A stretch of 64,000 nt of DNA, from positions 161,822 through 225,821 of the forward strand of contig CAVYQE010000010.1 of assembly GCA_963770565.1 (NCBI GenBank), written 5' to 3'. The notes under the pieces are model-generated. The model was not told where the DNA came from and searched no databases. It worked only from the letters and a program-made list of their open reading frames with translations. Shown piece by piece: positions 9,210-19,025 of this stretch (positions are counted from its first letter, which is position 1; each line of letters opens with the position of its first letter). A program made the position numbers and the translations under genes. This DNA comes from an uncultured Actinomycetota bacterium (GTDB lineage: Bacteria > Actinomycetota > Actinomycetes > JAFAQI01).

Positions 9210-9608
9210 GAACGCAAACCTTAGGGCATCAACGCGCGAAGCTTGCGAAATTTACGTTGACGGGTACGGCGGGGACGCCACGCTGCCCACCATCCTCGAA
9301 TGAACGAGGATGAACGAGGCGTGCCCCGCCGACCTGTCCAGGACCGTGCGCATTGAGTGCTCCCGCCCACAGGGCTGTTACGCCCACCGGCCGGGTCGGT
9401 CTCGCCACTCACTCCCCGAGCAACCTAGGCGACCGTTTGTCTCCGTGCCCCCGGCGCGCGTAAACGCGCCAAGCGCCGGTGAGGGCCGCTCGGATCACCG
9501 TGTCCCGTATGTCCCCAGCGGTTGCTGGTGACAACTACCGATTCGACCGCTCCGTCCGACGGCTTGAGTCGGCGTGCGGGTGAGCGCGAATCGGCTAGTG
9601 ATGGGGAC

Positions 9609-10162
9609 CTAGCTGCGGCCCGGTGGCCCGGGAGCGATCTCGCCACGGCCGGCCTGCTGGATGTCGGCCGGCAGGGTCACCCCGCTTCGGGCCGCGATCG
9701 CCTCCAGCTTGGTCCGCCAGATGACGATCGCCAGCCGCTGGGCGTCCTGGGTGTTCGGGAGGTTGTCGAAGTCGCCCTCGGTCAGGTCCGACGCGAGCGT
9801 GGCAAGGTAGCTGTCCTCGTAGAAGTAGGTCTGGGCGTACGGGGCGTTGATCGTCTTCAGCTGGCGGTTCGAGGGCTCGATCTCCTGCATCTGCAGCGAG
9901 TAGCCGGCAAAGGTCTGCTCGAGCGCTCCCATCCGGGCCGAGGCCTGCGCCGGGGTGATCCGGTTGTCGTGATAGGCGTCAAGGATCGGGTCCGCACCGT
10001 TCAGCAGGGTGTTGACCGGCAACCGCACCTTCTCGACCGCGGCGAGATAGCTGTGGACATCGGCCGCCGGCACTTTGTGGTTGCCGCCACCGCAGCCCGC
10101 AGCGGCGAGCATGCTCAGGCCGGCCCCGCCGCGGCACCGACGGCCCGCAGGCCCCGCTTCAC
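9609..10162 (-). CDS. Putative lipoprotein with an apparent frameshift in its signal peptide
   Basis: ORF 9609-10112 begins MLAAAGC (lipobox). GTG 10162 gives MKRGLRAVGAAA in another frame; one extra base near 10125 would join them. Confidence 0.6.
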
Positions 10163-10166
10163 CTGG

Positions 10167-10604
10167 TCAGCCGGTCCGGGATCTCCTGATCACCCACGCG
10201 GTGATCAGGAGCAGGACCGTCGCGGCGATCTCGACAGTCAATGCCCAGTTCGAGTCGCTGGTGGTGTACGGGTCGTGCCAGCCGAACAGTCCGGCCGAGC
10301 GGTAGTGCGAGATCAGGAAGCCGATGAAGGTGCCCGCCATCAGCGCTGCTCCGCCGAGCACGGTCAGGATGTGACGGGTCGCGAGGATCGCGATCGCGAC
10401 CACCAGGCAGCCGATGACCTGCAAGAGGAACAGGTCGTTGATGTGCCCGACCGTGAGGTGGCGATACGGACCGCGCCACAGGTGGAAATGGATTTCGCCG
10501 GAGATCAAGATGAGTGCGGCGTCGACGATGCACAGCGCCCAGATCACCAGGCTGCTTGTAGCGCTGGCCTGACGCCGGCTGGTCAGCTCGGGTGAGGTGG
10601 TCAT
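10167..10604 (-). CDS. Membrane protein (about 4 TM helices)
   Basis: MTTSPELTSRR... with hydrophobic segments; ATGA overlap with the stop of the upstream desaturase gene. Confidence 0.8.
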   Translation of the reverse strand: MTTSPELTSRRQASATSSLVIWALCIVDAALILISGEIHFHLWRGPYRHLTVGHINDLFLLQVIGCLVVAIAILATRHILTVLGGAALMAGTFIGFLISHYRSAGLFGWHDPYTTSDSNWALTVEIAATVLLLITAWVIRRSRTG

Positions 10605-11557
10605 GACTGAACTCCCTGCTCGGTAGTAAACGGTTGGATTAGTTGACGGATAAAGGTGCGCGAGAGCTGTGGACGATCGGCGGCCTGCTCGACCGGGATC
10701 GGCCGACCGGCCAGTCCGGTCGGAGCGACCTGGGTGCCGGGCAACGGGTCGATCGCGCGCCCGGTCATGCGGTCCCAGACCGCGAACACGGTGCCCATGT
10801 TGAGGTCGAGCCGACCGGTCGGCGCATGGTGCAGCCGGTGGTACGCCGGGCTTACGAAGACCTTCCCGAGGCGCCCGTAGCTCCAAGGGACGTTGGCGTG
10901 CGGCAAAGCGCCGAAACATGCGTAGGCAGTGAGCACTGCAGCCGGCGTCGCTGCGTTGGACGCCAGCGCGAGCACCGGGATCGCCGAGATCACGAAGCTC
11001 ACGTGCACCAACGGATGAGTGCGGAAAGTGCTGAGAATGCTCAGTTCTTCCTGCGGGTGATGCACCGCGTGCAGTCGCCACAACGAGCCGACCTTGTGGT
11101 TGGCCAGATGCGCAAGCCAGTCGACCGCATCGATGGCGATAACCGCAATCGCGATGTAGCACCAGTGCGGCACCGACGAGAACCGAGGCAGGACGAGCCA
11201 CGGTGCGCTCCGCACCAACACCGAGGAGAGGCCGGTGCCGATCAAGATGATCAGCCGTACGACGAGCAACGCGTGGGCCAGCATGTAGCCGACGTCGAGC
11301 AGGTGTCCACGGGCCAGCAGGTGATGCCGTTCGGCGGGAACAACCTGTTCGATCAGGAAGACCACCAGGACGAAGCCGAGAACGACCGGACCGGCGAGCT
11401 CGACCTGGCCGGAATGGATCGAGCGCAGCGGGCCATAACCCTGCAACGCCGACCAGCCGCGCCAGGCCAGCACGGCCGTCACGGCGGAGATCGCCAGCGT
11501 GGGAAGGGCGATCTGGCGCTCAACTTCACGGCGCGACAGGACTGCGGTAATCGTCAT
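10601..11557 (-). CDS. Sterol desaturase / fatty acid hydroxylase family protein
   Basis: His boxes HLANH, HAVHH, HAN, HRLHH; TM segments; GGAGGG RBS before ATG 11557. Confidence 0.88.
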   Translation of the reverse strand: MTITAVLSRREVERQIALPTLAISAVTAVLAWRGWSALQGYGPLRSIHSGQVELAGPVVLGFVLVVFLIEQVVPAERHHLLARGHLLDVGYMLAHALLVVRLIILIGTGLSSVLVRSAPWLVLPRFSSVPHWCYIAIAVIAIDAVDWLAHLANHKVGSLWRLHAVHHPQEELSILSTFRTHPLVHVSFVISAIPVLALASNAATPAAVLTAYACFGALPHANVPWSYGRLGKVFVSPAYHRLHHAPTGRLDLNMGTVFAVWDRMTGRAIDPLPGTQVAPTGLAGRPIPVEQAADRPQLSRTFIRQLIQPFTTEQGVQS

Positions 11558-11736
11558 CGCAATCCCTCCGGCGCCTGTTGATGGCCGGCTCGCTTCGGCG
11601 AGCCACGCCCAATGACACGGACCGATGGTGTGTGCTGGTTCAGTGACCAACGGCACGACCGCACCGGCATCGCAGCCGTCCAGTTCCTCCGGCGGGAGCT
11701 ACGGCTACTAGGCCGCCCCTCGCCCCGACTCGCTGA

Positions 11737-12903
11737 CTAGCGTCGCGATCCTTGACCGCTCCGCGCGGTCAGATGGCGGCTGATCACGAGGCGCTGGATC
11801 TGGTTGGTGCCCTCGAAGATCTGCATGACCTTCGCCTCGCGCAGGTAGCGCTCCACCGGGTATTCGGTGGTGTATCCGTAGCCGCCGAACAGCTGCACCG
11901 CATCGATCGTGGTCTTCATCGCGGCATCCGTGGCGAACAGTTTGGCCATTGCGGCTTGAGCGCCGAAGCTCTGACCGAGGTCGCGGCGACGAGCTGCGGC
12001 GAGATACATCGAACGGGCGGCTTCGATCCCGGTCGCCATGTCGGCCAGCATGAAGCTGACGCCCTGGAACTCGACCACCGGCTTGCCGAACTGCTCGCGC
12101 TCGGTGACCCAGGCAACCGCCGCGTCAAGCGCCGCTTGCGCCAGCCCGGTCGCGATCGCCGCGATACCGAGCCGGCCGTTGTCGAGTGCGGTCAGCGCGA
12201 TTCGCATCCCCGCGCCTTCGTCGCCGATCAACCGGTCGGCTTCGACATGTACGCCGTCGAGTGCGATCGATGCGGTCGGCGATGACCACAGGCCCATTTT
12301 CCGTTCGGGCTGTTGGGGATTCAGCCCCTCCGTCGCCGCGTCGACGAGGAACGCCGAGACCCCCTTTGAGCCGTCGTCAGACGTCCGGCAGAACGTCACG
12401 TAGTAGTCGGCAACCCCACCGTGGGTCACCCAGGCCTTGGTGCCGTCGAGGAGGTAGCCATCATCGACCCGGGTCGCTCTGGTGCGAAGCGACGCCGCAT
12501 CGGACCCGGACTGCGCCTCACTCAGGCAGTAGGCGCCGAGCAACTCGCCGCCGACGAGGTCCGGCAGCCAGCACTCGCGCTGCGCGTCGGTGCCGAACGC
12601 GACCAACGGGAAGCAGGACATCGTGTGCACACTGACCGCAAGGGCAACTGCAGCCCAGGTCGCCGCGAGCTCCTCCAGCACCTGCAGATAGACCTCGTAC
12701 GGCTGCGCACCGCCCCCGAACTCCTCGGCATAGGGCAGGCCCAGCAGGCCGGCCCGGCCCAGCATCCGCACCAGCTCGCGGGGAAACTCCTTGCGGGACT
12801 CGAAATCCGCGATCTGGGGCGCAAGCTCGGTCCTGGCCAGGTCGCCGACCAGGTCGAGGAGGTCACGGGCCTCCTCGGACGGCAGGACTCGGTCGACCAC
12901 CAT
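11737..12903 (-). CDS. Acyl-CoA dehydrogenase
   Basis: YCLSEAQSGSDAA, GTKAWVTHG, REQFGKP, QLFGGYGY, IFEGTNQIQR. Confidence 0.95.
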   Translation of the reverse strand: MVVDRVLPSEEARDLLDLVGDLARTELAPQIADFESRKEFPRELVRMLGRAGLLGLPYAEEFGGGAQPYEVYLQVLEELAATWAAVALAVSVHTMSCFPLVAFGTDAQRECWLPDLVGGELLGAYCLSEAQSGSDAASLRTRATRVDDGYLLDGTKAWVTHGGVADYYVTFCRTSDDGSKGVSAFLVDAATEGLNPQQPERKMGLWSSPTASIALDGVHVEADRLIGDEGAGMRIALTALDNGRLGIAAIATGLAQAALDAAVAWVTEREQFGKPVVEFQGVSFMLADMATGIEAARSMYLAAARRRDLGQSFGAQAAMAKLFATDAAMKTTIDAVQLFGGYGYTTEYPVERYLREAKVMQIFEGTNQIQRLVISRHLTARSGQGSRR

Positions 12904-12914
12904 GGCGCGACGCC

Positions 12915-14045
12915 TCAGCCGTCGAGCATGACGAGGTCGCGGTCGATCGTGTCGAGCCGCTCGACGCCGTCCTCGGTCACCACGACGATGTCCTCGATCC
13001 GAGCGCCGTGCCGGCCCGACGCGTAGATGCCCGGCTCGATCGAGAAGCACATGCCCGGCACCAGCGCCGTGTCGTTTCCGGCCACGATGTAGGGATCCTC
13101 GTGCTCCTCGAGCCCGATTCCGTGCCCGGTGCGGTGGATGAACCACTCGCCGAAACCGGCGCCGGCAATCACGTCCCGAGCCGCCGCGTCGACCTCCTGC
13201 GCGGTCACGCCGGGACGCACGCTCGCACACGACGCCTGCTGAGCCTCGAGCAGTACGGCGTAGTAGTCGGCGTACTCGGCTGGCGGGCGGCCGCCGGCGA
13301 CGTAGTTCCTCGTGCAGTCCGAGCAGTAGCCGTCCGGGAGCGCGCCGCCGATGTCGACCACCACGGGGTCGCCGGCCTCGATCACGCGGTCGGAAAGCTG
13401 GTGGTGAGGGCTCGCACCGTTCGGGCCGGAGCCGACGATCACGAAGTTCACCGCCGTGTGCCCTTCGGCGATGATCGCGTCCGCAATGTCACGGCCGACC
13501 TCTGCTTCGGTGCGCCCGGGGCGCAGCCACTCCGCCATCCGCCGGTGAACCCGGTCGATGGCCTGACCGGCTCGGCGCAGCGAGTCGACCTCGTCCGGCT
13601 GCTTGCGCAGTCGCAGCGGCCGCAGCACCGCACCGGCCGCCACCTGGTCCGCTTGCGGCATCACGTCGCGGAACCGCAGCACCTGCTCGGCCCACATCCG
13701 GTCGGCCAGCCCGACCGTCCGGGCCGGGCGCCCGAGCGCGTCGGCGATCACCCGGGCCGCAATCGCAAAGGCGTCATCGGTCTCTTCGTGACTGAGGATC
13801 CGGACGCTCTCACCCGCCCCGCTGGCGATCGCCGCGGGCTGCTCGAGGCGTGGGACCAGCAAGGTCGGCTCGCCACCGGCGGGCACGATCAGGCAGGTCA
13901 GCCGCTCGAGCGGGAGCGCGGCGTACCCGACCAGATAGCGCAAGTCCGCGCTCGGGGTAACGATGAGCGCGTCGATCCCGGCCTCGCTAGTCGCTGAGGC
14001 CACGGCCGACAGTCGAGTGGCGTGAGTGGTGGTCGTAGCGGTCAC
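12915..14045 (-). CDS. Xaa-Pro peptidase (M24 family)
   Basis: DIGG..GYCSDCTR, HRTGHGIGLEEHE, SIEPGIY, GARIED. Confidence 0.95.
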   Translation of the reverse strand: MTATTTTHATRLSAVASATSEAGIDALIVTPSADLRYLVGYAALPLERLTCLIVPAGGEPTLLVPRLEQPAAIASGAGESVRILSHEETDDAFAIAARVIADALGRPARTVGLADRMWAEQVLRFRDVMPQADQVAAGAVLRPLRLRKQPDEVDSLRRAGQAIDRVHRRMAEWLRPGRTEAEVGRDIADAIIAEGHTAVNFVIVGSGPNGASPHHQLSDRVIEAGDPVVVDIGGALPDGYCSDCTRNYVAGGRPPAEYADYYAVLLEAQQASCASVRPGVTAQEVDAAARDVIAGAGFGEWFIHRTGHGIGLEEHEDPYIVAGNDTALVPGMCFSIEPGIYASGRHGARIEDIVVVTEDGVERLDTIDRDLVMLDG

Positions 14046-14091
14046 GAGGTCAGGCTATCGAGGCGAGCGGTACGCCGGAGCGCGGGCGCGA

Positions 14092-14349
14092 TCAGCCGGC
14101 CGACCGAGATCCGATGATCTGGCGCTTGGCCCGCCAGGACATGATCGCCAGCAGGGACAGACCCGACATCACCGAACCGACCGAGCAGAACGACCCTACG
14201 GACAGCACCGACCCGAACGACCCGATCGAGCCGATCGACAGCGCCGACCCCACCGACCCGATCGACAGCACCGATCCGCGCGAACCGATCGAAAGGTATG
14301 AGCCCTCCGAGCGGATCGACCATCGCGACGTCGCGAGCTCGTCACTCAC
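14092..14349 (-). CDS. Small Ser/Gly-repeat (SIGS) hypothetical protein
   Basis: 85 aa with repeated LSIGSxGS units; codon usage favours this frame. Confidence 0.7.
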   Translation of the reverse strand: MSDELATSRWSIRSEGSYLSIGSRGSVLSIGSVGSALSIGSIGSFGSVLSVGSFCSVGSVMSGLSLLAIMSWRAKRQIIGSRSAG

Positions 14350-14442
14350 CAGGCCGACAATGACGTGCGCGGGTCACGGACGCAACACCTCGCGGCGACA
14401 CGAGCCGCGCAGCCGTCCCTGCGGGGTGGCAAGGTAGGAATC

Positions 14443-15360
14443 ATGCTGCTGCTGCTCGACACCGCTTCGCTGTACTTCCGCGCCTTCTACGGCGTACCGG
14501 ACTCGATGACCGCGCCGGACGGTACGCCGGTCAACGCCGTCCGCGGCCTGCTCGACTACATCGCGCGGCTGGTCGACGACCGCAAGCCGACCCGGCTCGT
14601 GGCCGCGATGGACGAGAACTGGCGGCCGGAATGGCGAGTCGCGGCGATTTCGACGTACAAGTCGCATCGAGTGGCCACCGAGGGAGCGCCCGGCGAGGAG
14701 GAGGTGCCGGACACCCTGACCCCGCAGGTGCCGATCATCTGGGCGGTCCTGGACGCGATCGGGATTGCCCGGCTCGGGTGGCCGGACCACGAGGCGGACG
14801 ACGTCATCGGCACGCTCGCCACCCGCGCCGAGGGTCCGGTCGAGATCGTCACCGGTGACCGCGACCTGTTCCAGCTCGTCGATGACAGCGCCCCGGTCCG
14901 GATCGTGTACGTCGTCAAGGGGGTCGGCAACCGGGAGATCATCGACGAGTCCGAGGTGGCTCGGCGCTACGGCATCCCGGGTCGCGCGTATGCGGACTTC
15001 GCGACCCTGCGCGGCGACCCCTCCGACGGGCTGCCCGGGGTGCCGGGGGTCGGCGACAAGACCGCGGCCGCGCTGATCAGCCAGTTCGGCTCGGTCGCCG
15101 GCGTGGTCAGCGCTGCCCAAGGATCGGCCGAAGGGTTCCCGAAGGGCGCCCAGGCCAAGGTGCTCTCAGCGCTGGACTACCTGAGCCGGGCCCTCGACGT
15201 GGTCCGCGTGGCTCGCGACCTCCCGCTGCCCGAGATCGACGACCGACTGCCGGCCGGCCCGCGTGATCCGGACGCGCTGGAGGACCTGGTCGAGCGCTGG
15301 GGGCTCGGCAGCTCGGTCAAGCGAGTGCTGACCTCGCTGGCTCAGGTCAGGCCTGAGTAG
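14443..15360 (+). CDS. 5'-3' exonuclease / flap endonuclease (stand-alone Pol I N-terminal domain)
   Basis: LLDTASLYFRAF, YKSHR, EADDVIGTLA, VTGDRDLFQL, LRGDPSDGLPGVPGVGDKTA. Confidence 0.95.
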   Translation: MLLLLDTASLYFRAFYGVPDSMTAPDGTPVNAVRGLLDYIARLVDDRKPTRLVAAMDENWRPEWRVAAISTYKSHRVATEGAPGEEEVPDTLTPQVPIIWAVLDAIGIARLGWPDHEADDVIGTLATRAEGPVEIVTGDRDLFQLVDDSAPVRIVYVVKGVGNREIIDESEVARRYGIPGRAYADFATLRGDPSDGLPGVPGVGDKTAAALISQFGSVAGVVSAAQGSAEGFPKGAQAKVLSALDYLSRALDVVRVARDLPLPEIDDRLPAGPRDPDALEDLVERWGLGSSVKRVLTSLAQVRPE

Positions 15361-18077
15361 GCCACCACGCCACGTCGCAGGGCGGCGACCGCATGCCGTG
15401 CGGTCGAGCGCACTGGCGAGTCCTCAGGCGCAGCCACCCCGATCTGGTCGAGCAGGTCGATCAGCTGCTTCACACAGCGGACGAAGTCGCCGGGCGCCAT
15501 CGCGGTGTCGAGCAACACGGCGTCGAGCGGGTGGCCCTTGGCCCACCGCCAGGCCAGCCAGGCGAAGCCCGGATCCGGCTCACGGAGGAACTCGAGGCCG
15601 ACGTCGCCCTCGACCTGGTGCAGGCGCTCCCAGCACACCGCCAACGCCCTCAGTGCCTCACGGCAGGCTCCCGGCGGCAACTTGGGGGTGGGGTCGTCGT
15701 CGCGCCGGGCCTCATAGACCAGCGACGACACCACCGCGGCAAGCTCGGCCGGCTCCAGTTGGTCCCACGCCCCGGTGCGCAAGGACTCGGCCACGACCAG
15801 GTCAGACTCGGAGTACAGCCGGGCCAGCGACTGCCCGGCGGGCGTGATCGCGTCGCCGTCGAGGTAACGCAACCGCTCGAGCACGTCACAGACCTTGTCG
15901 AAGGTCCGGCCGAGGGTGCCCGTACGGCTATGCACGCGCCGCTCGAGTGCATCGGTGTCGCGCCGCAGCCGGTCGTACCGCTCGGCCCAACGGGCGTGGC
16001 TCTCGCGGTCGGAGCAGCCGTGGCAGGGATGCTGGCGGATCGCGGCCCGGAGCCGGGCGATCTCGAGGTCGTCCGCTGCGGCCGCACGCTGCTTCGCCTG
16101 CTCACCGGTTCGCGGATCGAGGTCGAGGTTACGCAGGCTCGACACCAGGTCACGCCGTGCCTGCGGTGAGCGCGCATTGAAGTTACGCGGCACCTTGACC
16201 CGGCCGAGCGGGGTGACCGGTGAGGTGAAATCGGAGGCAGCAAGCCGCTTGAGCTGCCGGTCCATCGTCACGACCACCGGGCGCGGCGCGCCGGCGTCCG
16301 AGCCGGCGTCCGGGTCGATGACGATCGCCATCCCGGTCCGGCGCCCACCCGGGAGGTTGATCACGTCGCCGATCGCCAGGGCTTCCAACGACTCCGCGGT
16401 CGCGAGCCGGCGCTGGCCGGACCGCTCGCGGGCCAGCTCGGCCTCCCGATCCGAGAGCGACCGGCGCAGGGCGGCGTACTCGGTGAAGTCGCCGAGGTGG
16501 CAGGACATCGCCTCGGTGTAGCCCTCGAGCGCCTCCAGGTTGCGCCGGACCTGCCGGCCGAGACCCACCACCGCGCGGTCGGCCTGGAACTGCGCGAACG
16601 ACGACTCGAGGAGAGCCCGCGACGCGGCCCGGCCGATGTCGCCGACCAGGTTGACCGCCATGTTGTACGACGGGCGAAAGCTCGACCGCAACGGATAGGT
16701 ACGAGTCGAGGCAAGGCTGGCGACGTGTCGAGGGTCCAGGCCGGCAGTCCACAGCACGACGCCGTGGCCCTCGACGTCGATGCCGCGCCGACCGGCCCGG
16801 CCGGTGAGCTGGGTGTACTCCCCCGGGGTCAGGTCGACGTGCGCCTCGCCGTTCCACTTGACCAGGGACTCGAGCATCACGCTTCGAGCCGGCATATTGA
16901 TCCCGAGGGCGAGGGTCTCGGTCGCGAACACGACCTGCACAAGTCCCTCGACGAACAACTCCTCGACGATCTCCTTGAAGACGGGCAGCATGCCGGCGTG
17001 GTGTGCCGCGACCCCGCGCTCGAGCCCGTCGAGGAACTCTTCGTATCCCAGGACCGCGAGATCCTCGTCCGGGATCAACGCAGATCGTTGCTCGACCACG
17101 GTGCGGATTCGTTGCCGTTCCTCGGGTTCGGTCAACCACAGCCCGGCGTGCAAGCACTGGCGCACGGCGGCGTCGCATCCGGCCCGGCTGAAGATGAAGA
17201 CGATCACCGGCAGCAGACCCGCGTGGTCGAGGATCGACACCACGTCCGCGCGCCGAGGCACGTCGATCCGGCTCCGGGGCCGACGGCCACCGCGCTGCGG
17301 GCGCCGGTCGCCGTGGATTCGCGCGAACCTGGCCTCTTCCGCGGCCAGCCGGGTCAGCTGTGGGTTGACCACCGGTTGGTCTCCCGGTGCCACCCGCTCA
17401 GGCGGAGCGACGAACAGGTCGTGCAGCTGGCTCCCGACCAGCACCGACTGCCACAACGGAACCGGCCGGTGCTCTTCGACGATCACCGTCGTGTCGCCGC
17501 GCACTTCCTGGAGCCACTCGCCGAACTCCTCGGCGTTGCTGACCGTCGCCGACAGCGAGACCAGCTTGACGTTCTCGGGAAGGTGGATGATCACCTCCTC
17601 CCAGACCGCGCCGCGGAACCGGTCGGCCAGGTAGTGGACCTCGTCCATCACGACGGTCGAGAGCCCGACCAGCGCGGGTGAGCCGGCGTACAGCATGTTG
17701 CGGAGCACCTCGGTGGTCATCACGACCACGTCGGCATCACCGTTGATCGAGTTGTCACCGGTCAGCAGCCCGACCCGGTCCGCACCGTAGCGATCGGTGA
17801 GGTCGTGGAACTTCTGGTTGGACAGCGCCTTGATCGGCGTGGTGTAAAAGCACTTGCCGCCCGCCCGCAACGCCAGATGCACCGCGAACTCGCCGACCAC
17901 GGTCTTGCCGGCACCGGTGGGTGCCGCGACCAATACGCCGTGCCCGCCCTCGAGCGCCTCGCACGCGGTTCGCTGGAAGTCGTCGAGCTCGAAGTCGTAG
18001 CCCGAAGCGAAGTCGGTCAGAGCCGGGTAGTCGTTGCGGCGGCGTGCCGCGGCGTACCGCTCCGCGGGACTTGCCAT
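15342..18077 (-). CDS. helY: Ski2-like DEAD/DEAH RNA helicase HelY
   Basis: APTGAGKT, DEVH, SAT, ATETLALGINMPA, QLTGRAGRRG; synteny with tatC. Confidence 0.93.
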   Translation of the reverse strand: MASPAERYAAARRRNDYPALTDFASGYDFELDDFQRTACEALEGGHGVLVAAPTGAGKTVVGEFAVHLALRAGGKCFYTTPIKALSNQKFHDLTDRYGADRVGLLTGDNSINGDADVVVMTTEVLRNMLYAGSPALVGLSTVVMDEVHYLADRFRGAVWEEVIIHLPENVKLVSLSATVSNAEEFGEWLQEVRGDTTVIVEEHRPVPLWQSVLVGSQLHDLFVAPPERVAPGDQPVVNPQLTRLAAEEARFARIHGDRRPQRGGRRPRSRIDVPRRADVVSILDHAGLLPVIVFIFSRAGCDAAVRQCLHAGLWLTEPEERQRIRTVVEQRSALIPDEDLAVLGYEEFLDGLERGVAAHHAGMLPVFKEIVEELFVEGLVQVVFATETLALGINMPARSVMLESLVKWNGEAHVDLTPGEYTQLTGRAGRRGIDVEGHGVVLWTAGLDPRHVASLASTRTYPLRSSFRPSYNMAVNLVGDIGRAASRALLESSFAQFQADRAVVGLGRQVRRNLEALEGYTEAMSCHLGDFTEYAALRRSLSDREAELARERSGQRRLATAESLEALAIGDVINLPGGRRTGMAIVIDPDAGSDAGAPRPVVVTMDRQLKRLAASDFTSPVTPLGRVKVPRNFNARSPQARRDLVSSLRNLDLDPRTGEQAKQRAAAADDLEIARLRAAIRQHPCHGCSDRESHARWAERYDRLRRDTDALERRVHSRTGTLGRTFDKVCDVLERLRYLDGDAITPAGQSLARLYSESDLVVAESLRTGAWDQLEPAELAAVVSSLVYEARRDDDPTPKLPPGACREALRALAVCWERLHQVEGDVGLEFLREPDPGFAWLAWRWAKGHPLDAVLLDTAMAPGDFVRCVKQLIDLLDQIGVAAPEDSPVRSTARHAVAALRRGVVAYSGLT

Positions 18078-18112
18078 GAGTCCAGACTAGGTGGGGCCAC
18101 CTCGGCCGCCCA

Positions 18113-19012
18113 CTAGGCGAGGATCCGCACTGCTCCTGGGACGCACTCGCAGGTCACCGGCAGGTTGGCGAGGAACTCCCCATCCGCGTACGCCGTGACC
18201 CCCTCACCCTCGACCGTCACGACCTTGGCCCGCAGCGTCGTCACTGCCGGGTGGGTGACGTGGGTGCCCTTGAAGACCTTCGGGAAGGTCTTCAAGAACT
18301 CCGGCTTGCTCACCGGACCGAGCACGGTGATGTCGAGCAGGCCGTCGGCGACGTCGGCGTCGGGGCAGACCAGCATGCCGGCGCCGTAGGACTTGGCGTT
18401 GCCGACCGCGACCAGCATCGCTTCGGTCTCCCACGGCTCGCCGCCGTCGATGGTCAGCCGGAACGGCAAGGGCTTGAAGACCCGGAGCTCGGCCAGGATC
18501 GCCAGGTTGTAGCGCATCCGGCCGCGCGGCCATGACAGCCGGTTGGCGCGGTCGTTGACCCGGGAGTCGAACCCGGCGCCGAGCACGCAGCCGAACCACT
18601 TGTCGCCGACCCGGACCGCGTCCATCGGCCAGGCGCCGTGGTTCATCAGGCGGTCGGCAATGATGGCGGTCGCAGCAACCGGGTCCTTCACCGGCAGCTT
18701 CAGCGTTGCGGCCAGGTCGTTGCCGGTGCCGGCCGGCACGATGCCGAGCGGTGTGTCGGTGCCGGCGACGGCGTTGAGCGCCAGGTGCGCCATCCCGTCG
18801 CCCCCGAGCGCGACGACCGCGTCGACCCCGTCCGCCACCGCCCGCCGGGCCAGTGCGACCGCGTCCGCGGCGTCGTGACCGATCAGGATGCTGACGTTCG
18901 CGCCCGCCTCGGTCAGCCGGCTGGCCACGCTCGCGACCACCCTGGTGGCGCGGCCCTTGCCCGCGGTCGGGTTGACCAGCAGCGCGACATCAGCGCTCGC
19001 CCCGTTGCTCAC
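18113..19012 (-). CDS. Diacylglycerol kinase family lipid kinase
   Basis: LVNPTAGKG, GGDG, PAGTGNDLA, YADGE. Confidence 0.92.
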   Translation of the reverse strand: MSNGASADVALLVNPTAGKGRATRVVASVASRLTEAGANVSILIGHDAADAVALARRAVADGVDAVVALGGDGMAHLALNAVAGTDTPLGIVPAGTGNDLAATLKLPVKDPVAATAIIADRLMNHGAWPMDAVRVGDKWFGCVLGAGFDSRVNDRANRLSWPRGRMRYNLAILAELRVFKPLPFRLTIDGGEPWETEAMLVAVGNAKSYGAGMLVCPDADVADGLLDITVLGPVSKPEFLKTFPKVFKGTHVTHPAVTTLRAKVVTVEGEGVTAYADGEFLANLPVTCECVPGAVRILA

Positions 19013-19025
19013 CGCCGAGCACCGG

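Noticed and set aside
14114-14437. Asp/Pro-repeat ORF (DPTDPIDS)
   Set aside because: It is the antisense reading of the SIGS-repeat gene.
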